64,000 nt of DNA, taken from positions 50,902,001 to 50,966,000 of the forward strand of contig OX597814.1 in NCBI GenBank assembly GCA_951406725.2. Direction: 5' to 3'. Numbering within the stretch: the stretch's first letter is position 1; the number at the start of each line of letters is the position of its first letter. Both the position numbers and the translations under genes were made by a program. Shown here piece by piece: positions 13,386 to 25,303 of the stretch. The notes beneath the pieces were generated by a model. The model searched no databases and was not told the DNA's origin. It worked only from the letters and a program-made list of their open reading frames with translations. The DNA comes from Octopus vulgaris (lineage: Eukaryota).

Positions 13386-14313
13386 TGTGTTGGTGAGATC
13401 CAGACCATGATTGACAACGATCCTTCCAAGTCAGTCAGGTCCATCACCAACCAGAGATATGGGAACGTCTGAATTTCTTATCAGGTAGGTGGTGCATGAA
13501 GACATTCGATAGTCCTCATACAAGATGAGAAAGGGCCAATTTGTATCCCAAGCCATCAATGATAACATGAAAGACTGTTACAAAACTTTTGAACAAACTC
13601 AAGCATCCTCTCCAACCAACTATGCTTTGGTTGTTCTCAGATAAGAAAAAATTTCTGCCAGGATCAAATGGTGAACATACAGAATAACTGTTGGTTTCGT
13701 GTGTCCCCAAAACATGTACCAAGAGTGATAAAAATCAAATATCCAGTCAACATCATGGTGTTTAGAGTGATGGCAACTTTATGCTTCTGTTCATCTTCCC
13801 ACATGACCTCCAACTCAACACCGAGGCCTACATTGAGTGCCTGGAGGAGATAGTACTGCCCTGGGTCGAGAGAGTGGCTGTTGGAAGACTCTATGTCTGA
13901 CAACAGGACTCTGCACCATGCCGCACAAGCAGGAGAACCCAGTCATGACTGTTGGACAATTTCTGCAACCACACCAACTTCTAACATCTGGCCACCTAAC
14001 TCCCCAGACTGCAACTCTGCTTGATTATTATGAGTGGGACGCAGTTGAGTGAGAGACCAACAAAACTCTTTGTGAGACCAAAGATGAGCTAAAGGCAAGG
14101 ATTATGGCAGTATTCACCAAGGAGACCATCCAGAAGAGTTGCAGAAGATTCCAAAGTCGTCTGGAGGTTGTGGTTGAAGCCAATGGTGATTTTATTGAAT
14201 AAATTTACTCTTTAGTATTTCATGGTATTTTTATGTAATTTTGGTAAAATGAGATGTCAGTGTTATTTTCATTTTTGCATAATTTAGATGACAATTTATT
14301 CACAGCACTTTGT
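13386..14313 (+). mobile_element. Tc1/mariner maT (DD37D)-like transposase pseudogene, 3' two-thirds
   Basis: Frameshifted motifs include LNKLKHP..MLWLFSDKK, QNNCW, IMVF, QQDSAP, IWPPNSPDCN-LDYYEWDAVE and RLEVVVEANGDFIE*. A decayed right TIR lies near 14285-14313. Confidence 0.85.
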
Positions 14314-14321
14314 GTGTTTAT

Positions 14322-14362
<41 letters not shown>

Positions 14363-14499
14363 TTTCTGTTTTGTGTCAGTGAATACAACAGAAATTGATA
14401 AATCTCTTGTATGGTTCTAATGGTGTAGTAAGGAGAAATGATAAATGTATTATTATTACTATTAGTACTGAAATTTGATCTCAGAATATAAAGTTGGAA

Positions 14500-14675
14500 G
14501 AAATGCTACGATTCTTTCTGAAATGTTCCCAAACCAGAAAAAATGCCTAGCAGCCTTTCATCCTTCTGGGGTCCAGAAAGAAAGTACCAGTTGAGCACTG
14601 TAATCAATGTATTTGACATACTCCTTCCCCAGAACTTGTTGGCCTTGTGCCAAAATTTGAGATCATTATCATTAT
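14500..14675 (+). mobile_element. Family C SINE (sense) with (ATT)n tail
   Basis: It contains gcctttcatccttctggggtc...aagtaccagttgagcact...ggccttgtgccaaaatttga, followed by attatcattatt. Confidence 0.7.
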
Positions 14676-14679
14676 TTTT

Positions 14680-15078
14680 ATAGTAGTCTTTCACTGTACT
14701 ACTGAGCACAGTTCCTTGTGCCTTGGGTATGTGCTGTGCTTTGTTTTAGTGTTGTTATTTTCATTGTATTGAAAATGCTTAATGTAGGATGTGCGTGTAC
14801 CTAGTAGGGCTATTTTATGTATATTATATACGTTCATAAGACCTGGTGTTTTGGTCATGCATTTGTCTGTATGCTTTTTAATCATCCTTAATGCACCTAC
14901 TATCATAGGGATTGTTTCTGCTTTTAGGCTCTACATTCAGGTTATCTCTATTTACAGATCTTTGAACTTTGAGTTTCTCCATTTCTTTTACAGATATATT
15001 ATCATCTGTTGAGATTGATACATCAATTAGAAGACATTTTTTTCTTGATGGTCTCTCACAATGATATCTGGTCTATTA
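14680..15078 (-). mobile_element. 3' end of an R4/Dong-type non-LTR retrotransposon (restriction-like endonuclease domain)
   Basis: The minus strand reads NRPDIIVRDHQEK.CLLIDVSISTD...TIPMIVGALRMIKK...IHKIALLGT. This is the PD-(D/E)xK RLE plus the conserved C-terminus, followed by a short 3' UTR and an (AAT)-rich tail. Confidence 0.8.
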
Positions 15079-15084
15079 AGCCTA

Positions 15085-15400
15085 AGGCAACAAACTCGTA
15101 GAATCTTTAGCATGTCAGACAAAATAGTTTGTAGCATTTCTTCTAGCTCTTTATTTTCCAAGTTCAAATCTTACCAATGTCAATTTTGCCTGTTATTTTT
15201 TAGAGATCAATAAAGTAAAGTGTCAGTTAAGTACTGGGATCAGTTGAAACACAGGTTCAAGTTCAGCTAATGTCAACTTTGCTTTTGTCCTTTCAAGGTT
15301 GATAGAATAAATACCAATTGAGCACTGTGGTCAATATAATTGACTAAACTCTTCCCCTTGAAATAATACTGACCCTTGCAATTTAAAACCATTATTATTA
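15085..15400 (+). mobile_element. Family C SINE, partial dimer, decayed
   Basis: There are two successive gttcaa...tgtcaa.tttgc...gatagaataaatacca cores and the tail accattattatta. Confidence 0.55.
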
Positions 15401-15573
15401 GGTATCTGGACCATAATACAGGAATTTAAGCTTGGCTATCTAGAGAACCATGTGCATGCCAATAATGCCTTTCTCATAATTGAATTTGTTGAATAATTAA
15501 AGAAATTCCAAACATGGAGTTTGGCTAGCTGAATCAAAAAGAGTAAAAAATTCCAAATTTTAGGTGAAAAATA

Positions 15574-15956
15574 TATTCTTTTATTTGTTTCAGTCATTTG
15601 ACTGTGGCCATGCTGGAGTACTGCCTTTAGTTGAACAAATCGACCCCAGGACTTATTTTTGTAAGCCTAGTACTTATTCTATCAGTTCCTTTTTTGCCAA
15701 ACTGCTAAGTTATGGAAACATAAACACACCAACATTGATTGTCAAGCGATGGTGGGGGGACAAACACAGACACACACACATATATATATATATACGAGCT
15801 TCTTTTCAGTTTCCATTTACTAAATCCACTCACAAGGCTTTGTTCAGCCCAAGGCTATAGTAGAAGACACTTGCCCAAGGTGCCATGCAGTGGGACTGAC
15901 CCCAGAGCCATGTAGTTGGTAAGCAAGCTACTTACCACACAGCTACTCCTGTATCT
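15574..15956 (-). mobile_element. Family A tRNA-derived SINE, full length
   Basis: It is collinear with the copies at 23615, 29554 and 33549. It has a tRNA-like head, a CORE-like accttgggcaagt segment and an internal (TG)/(TA) tract. Confidence 0.85.
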
Positions 15957-16464
15957 GTATAAATATTTAGAAATAGCTTGATCAAAATGAAACGTGCAAA
16001 AGAAAAAACAAGATACATTACATTAAAATAATTTTCTGTTTGTCATGTATGTGTGTGTGTGTAGCCTTTCTCTTGTTATGGGTCCATATTTCTAACAGAA
16101 ATTTGTATATAAAATTATGAATTACATAAACACACCATGCCTTCATCAGCAGTTGAGAGAGGGAATGTTATAGGTGTTAGTACATACCAACATTTACCAC
16201 AATATTTTATAACCTTTAGAATCTAACAAGACTAGCTGAAAATTTGAGAGAACTCAAATACTGTCTCTTAACCCTATGTGTCCAGAATCAAACATTAGTA
16301 ATTGAATACAGACAGATGCTATGCAAATATTAATGATTTTATTGATATAAAAGAGATATTTCTTCATATACGATTTTTAGCTTTCCTTTTAGTATAGTTC
16401 CTATAGCAGGATGCCCTTTCTGATGCCAACCACATTACAGAGTGCAATACATACATTTTATTAT

Positions 16465-17431
16465 GATATGGTGAATGACAGTACTTCCAAGTTCAGTTCC
16501 TGCAACTTGAGTAGCATTCTTTGTGCAATGTGAGGTTGAGCATTGTCTTGCAAAAAAATTGACCTGTCTCTATGAACCAGTTTTGGTTGTTTAATTGCAA
16601 ATTCACTCATCATTTTATCTAATTGGTTGATGTATAGATCTGCTGTAATTGACTTACCAGGTTTCATGAAGCTGTACTGGATAACACCAGCACTGGACAA
16701 ACAAACAAACACCATTAACTTTTTTTGGTGAATATTCTTTTTTGGATTGTTTTGGCACATTGTCTGTATCCAACCACCATGCAGAACACTTGCTATTATT
16801 GAAAAGAATTCATTTTCCATCACATGTAGCAATACAATGCAAAAATGGTTTGCTTTTATGCCATGACAGGAACGAACAACAAGTTTCAAGATGACATGAC
16901 ATTTGATGCACCTTGTCCAGCTTCTTTATCTTGCCTATTTGCTTCAGATGGTCCAATACAGTTGGAATTGAAACATAAAACCTTGCTGCTAACTCATGTG
17001 TAGTTGAGATGTATCTACTTCCAGTACAGTTTTCAGCTTTTCATTATCCACCTTGGTCTATCACGGGACTGATTTTCAAGAGTAAAGTCACTAAACTGGA
17101 ACTTCTCAAGCCACCAATGTATAGTGCGCTCATTTGCCACATCTTCACCAAACACCTCATTGATGTTTTAAGCTGTCTGTAATGCATTGGTTCCACAACA
17201 GTACTCATATTCATAAACAACACAAATTTTTTATCTATCCATGGGTTCACAAAAATTAATTTACAAAAGAAAACTCACAATATAATCAGACTCCATGAAT
17301 TGCATTTTGAAAAGTGATAATGTAACTCTTCAATGTTGTAAAACAAGGAATTGTCAGGATAAAACATTAGAGTTAACAACTATCAAACTCGGTGCATAAG
17401 AAAATCAGACATTTCGTTCTAAATGACCTGA
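16465..17431 (-). mobile_element. Mariner (DD34D, SETMAR/Hsmar1-like) transposase pseudogene, 3'-truncated
   Basis: It reads KKNIHQKKLMV...GVIQYSFMKPGKSITADLYINQLDKM...IFLQDNAQPHIAQRMLLKLQELNLEVL, with HTH remnants at 17040-17240. The terminus TA|TCAGGTC is at 17431. Confidence 0.85.
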
Positions 17432-17441
17432 TATGTATACA

Positions 17442-17588
17442 CTTTTATTAATGCTGCAAAATCTTCACAAAACTCTTCTCAGAGTTTCACGTTTCCATTC
17501 GTCAGACACTATTCATTACAACTGTCCAATGAACGGGAATGTGAAACTGAGTAACAGCTTTGTGAACATTTTGCAACTTTAATAAAAG
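17442..17588. mobile_element. Palindromic Penelope-like terminal remnant with two inverted degenerate minimal hammerhead motifs
   Basis: It has inverted arms of about 66 bp. The minus arm reads CTGACGA-atg-gaaa-cgt-GAAA-ctctgag. The plus arm reads actgt-CCAATGA-acg-ggaa-tgt-GAAA-ctgag-TA-acagc. Confidence 0.6.
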
Positions 17589-17653
17589 CATATTACTTTA
17601 CCTTAGATATTCAAGTACTATTTTTTCCATCTAGTTTTGCATTTGTGCTTACT

Positions 17654-17686
<33 letters not shown>

Positions 17687-19326
17687 GAGTGAGAGAGAGA
17701 GAGAAATAGGTGCAGCCATGGTGGTATTGTTAAGAACTTCACTTCACATCCATGTGGTCTCATTTAACCCCAAAGGGAAGTGTATTGAGTGTTTTCTGCT
17801 ATAGACCTGGGTTGACAAATGACTTCATGAATGAATTTGAAAAGCTTCTCTATGTATGTATGTGTGTGTGTGTGTGTACGAGTGCATGTTTGTGTGTGTG
17901 TTGCTATTCTATGCTTGTTACTGTTTGAGTGAAATGATGGTGATTTTACATTACATGTTGATGTGACTGGTCACACTGTGCTATCAAAGATCTCTGGAAT
18001 AATAAAAAAAAGATTTCCTTACTTCAAAAACAGGCAAGAGTTGGAAACAAGAAGTGTATCTGACTGTAAAACCCTGCCTCAAATAAAGTCCTTGTCCAGG
18101 CTATGATATCATGGAAAAATGAACATTAAATGAGCAAATGAAAAAATATATGAAAGTTTAAACTATGGGGTATCTGTTATTGTACATATATTATATTACA
18201 TATTTGCCTATTTGATAAATATTTTTGTACTAATGAAGACATTATGTTCACACATACATATTCATATCTATATAAATAGAGAGAGAGGGCGGGGGAATAA
18301 ATAATATTTTTAGCATACAGTAACTTTCGTACAGTGCAAAGACTGAGGTTTGCAAATATGTGTCTAAGAGAAAAGGCTTATATATATGTAATGTAACTAT
18401 TTATCATATAATGATTTGGGCTGGAATACTTTTTTTAAGATACCTTAGATATTTTGTCTTTGGCAACTCATCTCCAACAGAACTGATTTAAAGAAGAAAA
18501 AATATTTTTATTGGTTTAGATATCTCCATAATAATCATAGATTTTTTTTTTCCATAGCAGAAACGAAAACTGGTTTACTGAATACATCTGACACATTGAG
18601 ATATTTGAGTCAATAAAGATAGAAATAAAATACAGAGATGCTTGAATATTCATGAATAAACAGATGTATCAATTGCTAGAATTGTATACTGATTGTTGGG
18701 AGTATGTAGTTGTAAAAATTTATGAAATCTTTGAATTCCCTTTGCTGCCAAAGCAGCAGTTTAGCTCATCATCAGAGCAATTTTGCTATCTGCAATGACT
18801 CAGCTATGGCAAATTGGACTAGAAAATGCACCAGTGCTTCTATATAAACCAGATCTTCTACTTTTGAATTCATAAGTTGTCAGAGTGAAATGTCATTAAG
18901 AAATATGTAAAAATCTGATTAATCTACTGCAGAAAACCTGTTACCATCATCTATATTCTACTGGAAACCAGATGCTTACAATAAATCTCTTGTGGCAGTG
19001 CTGGATTGTGATTTCACATGGGGGCGTTAATACAGGCTGCTATTGCATATGAATTGAGAACAAAATGCCAGCAGTAAAATAACAATGTAAACTGTTTGCT
19101 CACTTGTGCTAAACTGTGTTAAAATCTTACAGTTTTACTCTCCTGCTGCTGCTTTGTTTTACATAGAATTTAATAATACTTTAAAAGATAAGATTTACAT
19201 TTTTGATAAACATTTCTTTTGAATATTCTGTGAAAATTACACATTATCACTTGCATCATTCAATATTGTTATCAAAATAGTAGAGCCCATGGAAGCACAA
19301 AATGTATAGATAAATTCTGGATTTAA

Positions 19327-19533
19327 CCCTTTTGTTACCAACCCAGCTGAAACTGGTTCAGGCTCTGAGTACAAATGTCTTGTTTTCACAAGTTTTGAAT
19401 TAAAATCTTCCACCAATTTATGTTCCTAACACTAGCTGAATGATAACTAAGTTACTTTACTAAATTCTTTGTTATGTTTAAAGTAATTGAAAGAAACACA
19501 GAGCATCTTAAAATAAATACAGTAACGAAAGGG
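19327..19533. mobile_element. piggyBac-type MITE
   Basis: Ends are TTAA|CCCTTTTGTTAC ... GTAACGAAAGGG|TTAA, with an intact TTAA TSD on both sides. Confidence 0.85.
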
Positions 19534-20713
19534 TTAAAGTATATGTAAAACAGGCAGCGATTTGAAACTTGCTAACAAAATATGTTTCAAGAATTCTGGA
19601 AAAAGGGGATAAATTACATTTTTCATTAACAGCTTTGCCTTTTCTGATAATGGCTGTATTCTATGTCACTTCTGTTTAAGCAACTAAGGGATTATAAATA
19701 TGTACTCAGTATTTTCACTTAATATCTTTGGACATATAATATTGTATGTACATTGAAAACATTCTACTGTAGAAAGAAATAAGCTACACATAATCTCCTG
19801 GTTGTTTTAAGTCCAAATAAGAGAACAAGTATGATGGTCTGGCAATTTAAGGCTTCAGATATCCCCGAATATATGGAAATGGATATGCGAATGCTTAAGC
19901 CAATGGGTGCCAGCATAAAAAGTTGGACATGGTGGTGATAGCGGTGGTCAAAGGAAAGTAAAGCTAAGAAATACCTAAAAAGGAAATATTTAGAATTGGG
20001 TCAAAATATCGAGATGAACTAAAAGGAATAGAACATAACAAACTTCAACCAGGTACAATAATTCGTCATCATCATCATATGAAAGTGATAGAACTTTTTT
20101 CATGTAGGTGATGTACATTTTCACTATATGCTTTTATTTTAAAGATCATATATCCCATACCTATTCTACTTAATACAACAGAGTTGATATGATGTGATGT
20201 GATATGTACAGAGCTAAAACAGATACTTAACGGTTTCCAGTTTAGTACTTTCATTGTCAGTTTATAAATATCAAATTAATCCTTTATTATCTTTAAAGCT
20301 TTATAAAATAATATTTTTCATAAACCTACAATGGCTGCAGATCATTTAAATTAGTTTCTCTATCCTACTAAACATCAACTCTTATGACAAATGACTGAGG
20401 ATAGGCATTTTTCTCTTCAACCAAGCCCTTCTTAACTTCTTGAAAAAATTACTACTCTCCAATCAATATTCTGAAAGGTGGGTGAGAGTAGCAAGATTGA
20501 CCTTCATGTATAGGCCTTTTCTAATATACACCTGTAGATTAGAGAATACTGCTGGGAGAAGGATCCTACTCTTTGTCCTCTGGGTAATCCTAGATCAGTG
20601 GATTCTTTGATAGGCCCCTATCAGGATTTCTCACTTCATTCCTTTTCTATATTGGTGTTTTCTATGCCTATGACATACACGTGTATGTACTTACATATGT
20701 ACATATGCATACA

Positions 20714-20747
<34 letters not shown>

Positions 20748-22079
20748 CATAATTGATTCTGTAAAACTCTCCCGACATTTCCGTAATTTGCCCTTGTCAA
20801 TGTCCTCATGTCTGCTACTTTTGTAGCAAATAAAAATTTATTAATAGTAATGGCAATGATGAATAAGCATTTTACTAAATATGAAACATTATTGAAGTTC
20901 ACTATTTATTTTCTGACTTAAAATTTCAAGGAGGTCAAATTTGTCTTCCATCAGTTCAATAAATCATAATTACCTTCCATACCAAATTTAATTTTACATT
21001 AAACAGAAAAAAAAAATTATTGCATTTAGATTTCACTTTATGAATTGGTTGTATTCATAAATTGACTATGAGAACATAGGCTAAGTGAATTTATAACTGG
21101 AATGTTATAGAATATGTATGTAAGAAATAAGTAGAGAAAATTTGATGGAGCAGATCTTAACAATGCTCTATAGATGATGTAGGTAGTGCTGATTGTGCCA
21201 GAATATATGTATGTACACCTATCAATTTTTTTCTTCTTTTTCACATGAAATTCTGATATAATATATGCTGTCTGAAACTTATGAGTAAACAAAGTCAGCC
21301 TATGTGAAAAATCCAAAATTGCTTTCTGCTCCCTCCAAAAAGTTTTTTCATAACAAATTCTAATATAACCAGAGTCTACATCATCTGATAAGTATTTGTA
21401 GGAAATTTCATTGAAAAATACCTGTTTTTCTGAATGATATCAAAAAACAAAATCAAGGTGAGTATGCACTTGTGTAGGTATGCCTTAGGCCATTTTTGTT
21501 TTGTAGCTTAAGGTTATTAGATATTTTTTTTTTAACATGAGGCTCAGGATTAATTTATCCAAGTGTCACTGGGTTTCTTGTAATTTATCTGCTACCAACT
21601 AAACAATTGTTTCTTTGAAGTAGTTACAGAATCTGTGTTCAGGGCTTGAAAGTAGCAATGATACTGAGTGTAAAAATAAAATTCAATTGTTTGAGCTTCA
21701 AGGAAGAAGAGACATGAAAGACAAGAATTCTCACAAAAATTTGTATAATTGAATAAAAATAAGATCTACTAAGGCATATACCAATGTTTTATTAATTGTT
21801 GTAAGAATGTTTTTCTTTACTATTTTTCTGCTATTTATAAGTATCATGGTAAATGCACAAATAGTACAGAAATTTTTTGATTTTTGTCTGAAACATGATT
21901 TAGTTTAGTGTTTGCTTCTAAAATATATTAACTTTGTTAATTTGTTACTTCCAGGAAAATAAAATGCTTTTATGAAACCTATATGTATATAAGTGACATA
22001 AACATCAAGGTGGGTCAGAAAATAATGCAAATAAAATATTGCATTAGTTTCTAACTCACCCTTGTATATAAATATACAT

Positions 22080-22450
22080 GTGTAGTGCAACTCAGTCACT
22101 GATGGGAACTGTTCTTAGTTAAAGCTATGGCTTTAAATCTGCCCAGGGTTATCTCTCTTGGGTATTTCCCATTGAGATAGACTAAAGAACTAGGAATGCA
22201 TGTCTGGGAATCCAGTATAGGGAAGCACTGGACAGATATGGTTTAGGTTGATCTCAGCGGTCTTGGAGAGCCTGCACATACCACAGGTACAGTCTCTTCT
22301 TCTATGTCAGACTAATAAAAAAAAAAATAATGTTGTATCTTTCCATTTAGCACTTTGAGCCGATGAGGTTGCCTCCACAACAAGCTTGGGCAACGTTTTT
22401 TGAGAAGCAGGCCACATAAGACATAGCTTGTCATCAGGTTGGCTACATTA
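22080..22450. repeat. Unclassified interspersed repeat (homolog at about 49015-49180)
   Basis: The segment gtgcaac.cagtcactgatg...ttagttaaagctatg.ctt..aatctgc...gttatctctctt.ggtatttcccattgag is shared with the second locus. Confidence 0.65.
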
Positions 22451-22519
22451 CTAAAAAAATTCAAGGAAATTTTCCATTAAGTTTGTCATTTAGAAAATCC
22501 TGTGACTCCTCTATATGGT

Positions 22520-22725
22520 AGTTCCAGTTACTAGAAATAGCAGCCAAATCTCCCTCAAATTTGGCTACTATTTCTAGCAGATGGAGCTATCGTGTAGGAA
22601 AGGACATAATTAACTAATATAACCGTACATAGATTTAAAAAGACAGGATAGATGGTTGGTCCTGGTTGAAATGCCTTTGATCATAGATCTGCTCATTCAG
22701 AGCTCACTGGAGCTAAACAGCAACT
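22520..22725 (+). mobile_element. Family D SINE-like element with (AAC)n tail
   Basis: It reads ctagaaatagcagccaaatctccctcaaat...atgcctttgatcataga...gctaaacagcaac. Homologs lie at 4070, 22975(-), 23410, 55530(-) and 59855. Confidence 0.65.
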
Positions 22726-22974
22726 GATAACACAATTAAAACAGTGTATAGCATAGTGTTGCAATAGTGACTGATCAAAGATGTTGCTAAATGACAAATA
22801 GTAATTATACTCGTGACTAATTAAGCATAGCTGATTAGTAATACAATGCATCTGCGCTATGGAATGGTGTAAACTCCTGGAAAACCATGTCTGTGTTTGT
22901 TTCTTTGTTCATTTTTTGTTGTTGTTGTTGTTTTTTTTTGTTTGTTTTTTTTGGTGGGGGGTTATTTTTCATGC

Positions 22975-23150
22975 TGGTTAGTTTGATGTCAGTCCTGATT
23001 GAACAAGCCTATGGCCTAAAAAGTTCCAGCCGTGACCATCCTTTTTTTTTTATATCTCTCGGACAACATTACTGAGTGCAACTATTTTTAAGACAGTAGG
23101 ATATGATTTGAGGGAATCCTGCTGCTTTTTCTAGCAGGCTTAATGGCTGC
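22975..23150 (-). mobile_element. Family D SINE-like element, inverted relative to 22520
   Basis: The segment gatttgagggaatcctgctgctttttctagcagg is the reverse complement of the family D core. Confidence 0.6.
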
Positions 23151-23568
23151 ATGTAGGCATACTTTTTTCTTTGGTTGAGATGAGTATCACTCTCACACTC
23201 TCTCAGTTCACCATTCTTGCTCTGTATTATCACATGAAAAACCAAAAACCTAGTTTTCAGCAACTAAATTGTATTTAATCTTTTTTTTTTTTTATGTATA
23301 GTAATATAGGGTTGACCTTTGCACACTTCAAATTTGGGAATCTGTAGCAGGGGGGGATTGTTGATAGAAACAGTTACTCAGAGAGAGGAATACATGAAAC
23401 ACAAAATGAGCCACTTAGGGGTCTCCTTTAAGTGACTCCTCAACCTGCTAAAAATAGCAGTTGAATCTACCTCAAATTACATCCTAAAAAGAGAACACAT
23501 TGTGTAATGTAGTCCACTAACGGCCATCGCTGAAATGGCTTCAAGCATTTGATCACTGGCTTGTTTAA

Positions 23569-24152
23569 CTCCTTTTTTTTTAACCATATTCCTATTGAAA
23601 TTTATTGCCATTGTCTCTTTACTCTTTACTCTTTTCAGTCATTTGACTGTGGCCCTACTGGAGCACCGCCTTTAGTCGAGCAAATCGACCCCAGGACTTA
23701 TTCTTTGTAAGCCTAGTACTTATTCTATCGGTCTCCTTTGCCGAACTGCTAAGTTACGGGTACGTAAACACACCAGCATCAGTTGTCAAGCGATGTTGGA
23801 GGGACAAACATATACACACATATATATATACGAAGGGATTCTTTCAGTTTCCTTCTACCAAATCCACTCACAAGGCTTTGGTCAACCCAAGGCTATAGTA
23901 GAAGACACTTGCCCAAGGTGCCATGCAGTGGGACTGAACCTGGAACCATGTGGTTGGCAAACAAGCTACTTACCACACAGCGACTCCTACGCCTATTGTG
24001 TGAATTAATTTTGAAAATAAAGAAGAATTTCTGGAAATAACTTTGCCATTGTTAGGAATTTTGATAGAAGGTTTTAATTTAAATCACTTTAAAAACAGGA
24101 AATTTGTGTAATAGAACTAAAGCCAATCTTTGGCAGGTTTGTATCAGGAGGG
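23569..24152. mobile_element. Older piggyBac-type MITE interrupted by a family A SINE
   Basis: TTAA lies at 23565-68 and 24153-56, and the right end reads gtatcaggaggg. The body resembles the 5722 MITE. Confidence 0.6.
23615..23994 (-). mobile_element. Family A tRNA-derived SINE, full length
   Basis: It has the full family A body and a TSD ATTGT at 23610-14 and 23995-99. Confidence 0.9.
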
Positions 24153-24524
24153 TTAAGTAGAACTAATCAGGTGCTAAACAACAGCAACACAGCAATCTTG
24201 ATGACATTCACACCAAGGTATAAATCAGATAGTTCAACCTTTAGGAAGTAGTAGTAGTAGTCATAAGCAATCTTTGACAATAGAGAAATAGAGGTTTTAC
24301 ATTCAGTTATTTGGCTTTATACTTTCGTATAACACATGTCATCTTTCTATTTTTTACAGAGAGGTTTAGAATAGTTTAAAGATAAAAATGATGAAGTATT
24401 CAGTAAGTTGGTTTAAGATGAATTTTTTTCTTAAATACAAATATAGTCAGTTGTAAATCAACCAAACCACTAACCTGATATTGTAAACGTCCCAATCATT
24501 TTGGAGGTAATTTATCCGCATAGT

Positions 24525-24744
24525 AATATTGGTTTCAAATTTTGGCACCAGGCCAGCAATTTTAGGGAAGGGTTAAGTCATTTACATCTACTCCAGTGTT
24601 CAACTGGCACTTATTTTATTGACCCCCCAAAAAAATGAAAAGCAAAGTCAACTTCGGCATGATTTGAAATCAGAATGTAAAGATGGACAAAATGCTGCTA
24701 AGCATTTGGCCTGCATTGCTAACAATTCTGCCAACTCGCCACCT
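24525..24744 (-). mobile_element. Family C SINE (Meta-domain-like), full length
   Basis: It runs from the tail ggtttcaaattttggcaccaggcc to the head ctgccaactcgccacc. Confidence 0.75.
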
Positions 24745-25260
24745 TAATCTATAAGGTAATATTGATTATTAGGACCCATAGCTAAATTTTTAGATGTATT
24801 ATGTATGTACAGTTACAAGGCATACTTTTACTGTTTCTTATAACATTCTTTCTTTCTCTCTCGCTCTCTCTCTATTTACATTAACTCTTCACTACCTGCT
24901 TTTGCTGTGAATACATCTCCCCCTTCTCTCTCTCCCTCTTATTCTCTGATGTGTGTGTGAGTATGTGTGTGCTATAATTTTAATCAAAGGATTAAGAAGA
25001 CCATTATGCAAGTAATCAGTATGTATTAAATTGGAATTTATGCATCATTTTATGTCTTTTTTTCCATATTAGTATGAGTTGGACTTAACCAAACATATGC
25101 ATGCATACACACACACACAGATGCATATTAAGTATGTGTGTTTCTGTATATGTGTGTTGTTATGTGCATGTTTAAATATATATATATATATATATAGCTA
25201 GGTAGGTAGATAGACAGATAGATATGTGTGCTTGTTTATGCATATATATATATATGTATG

Positions 25261-25303
<43 letters not shown>

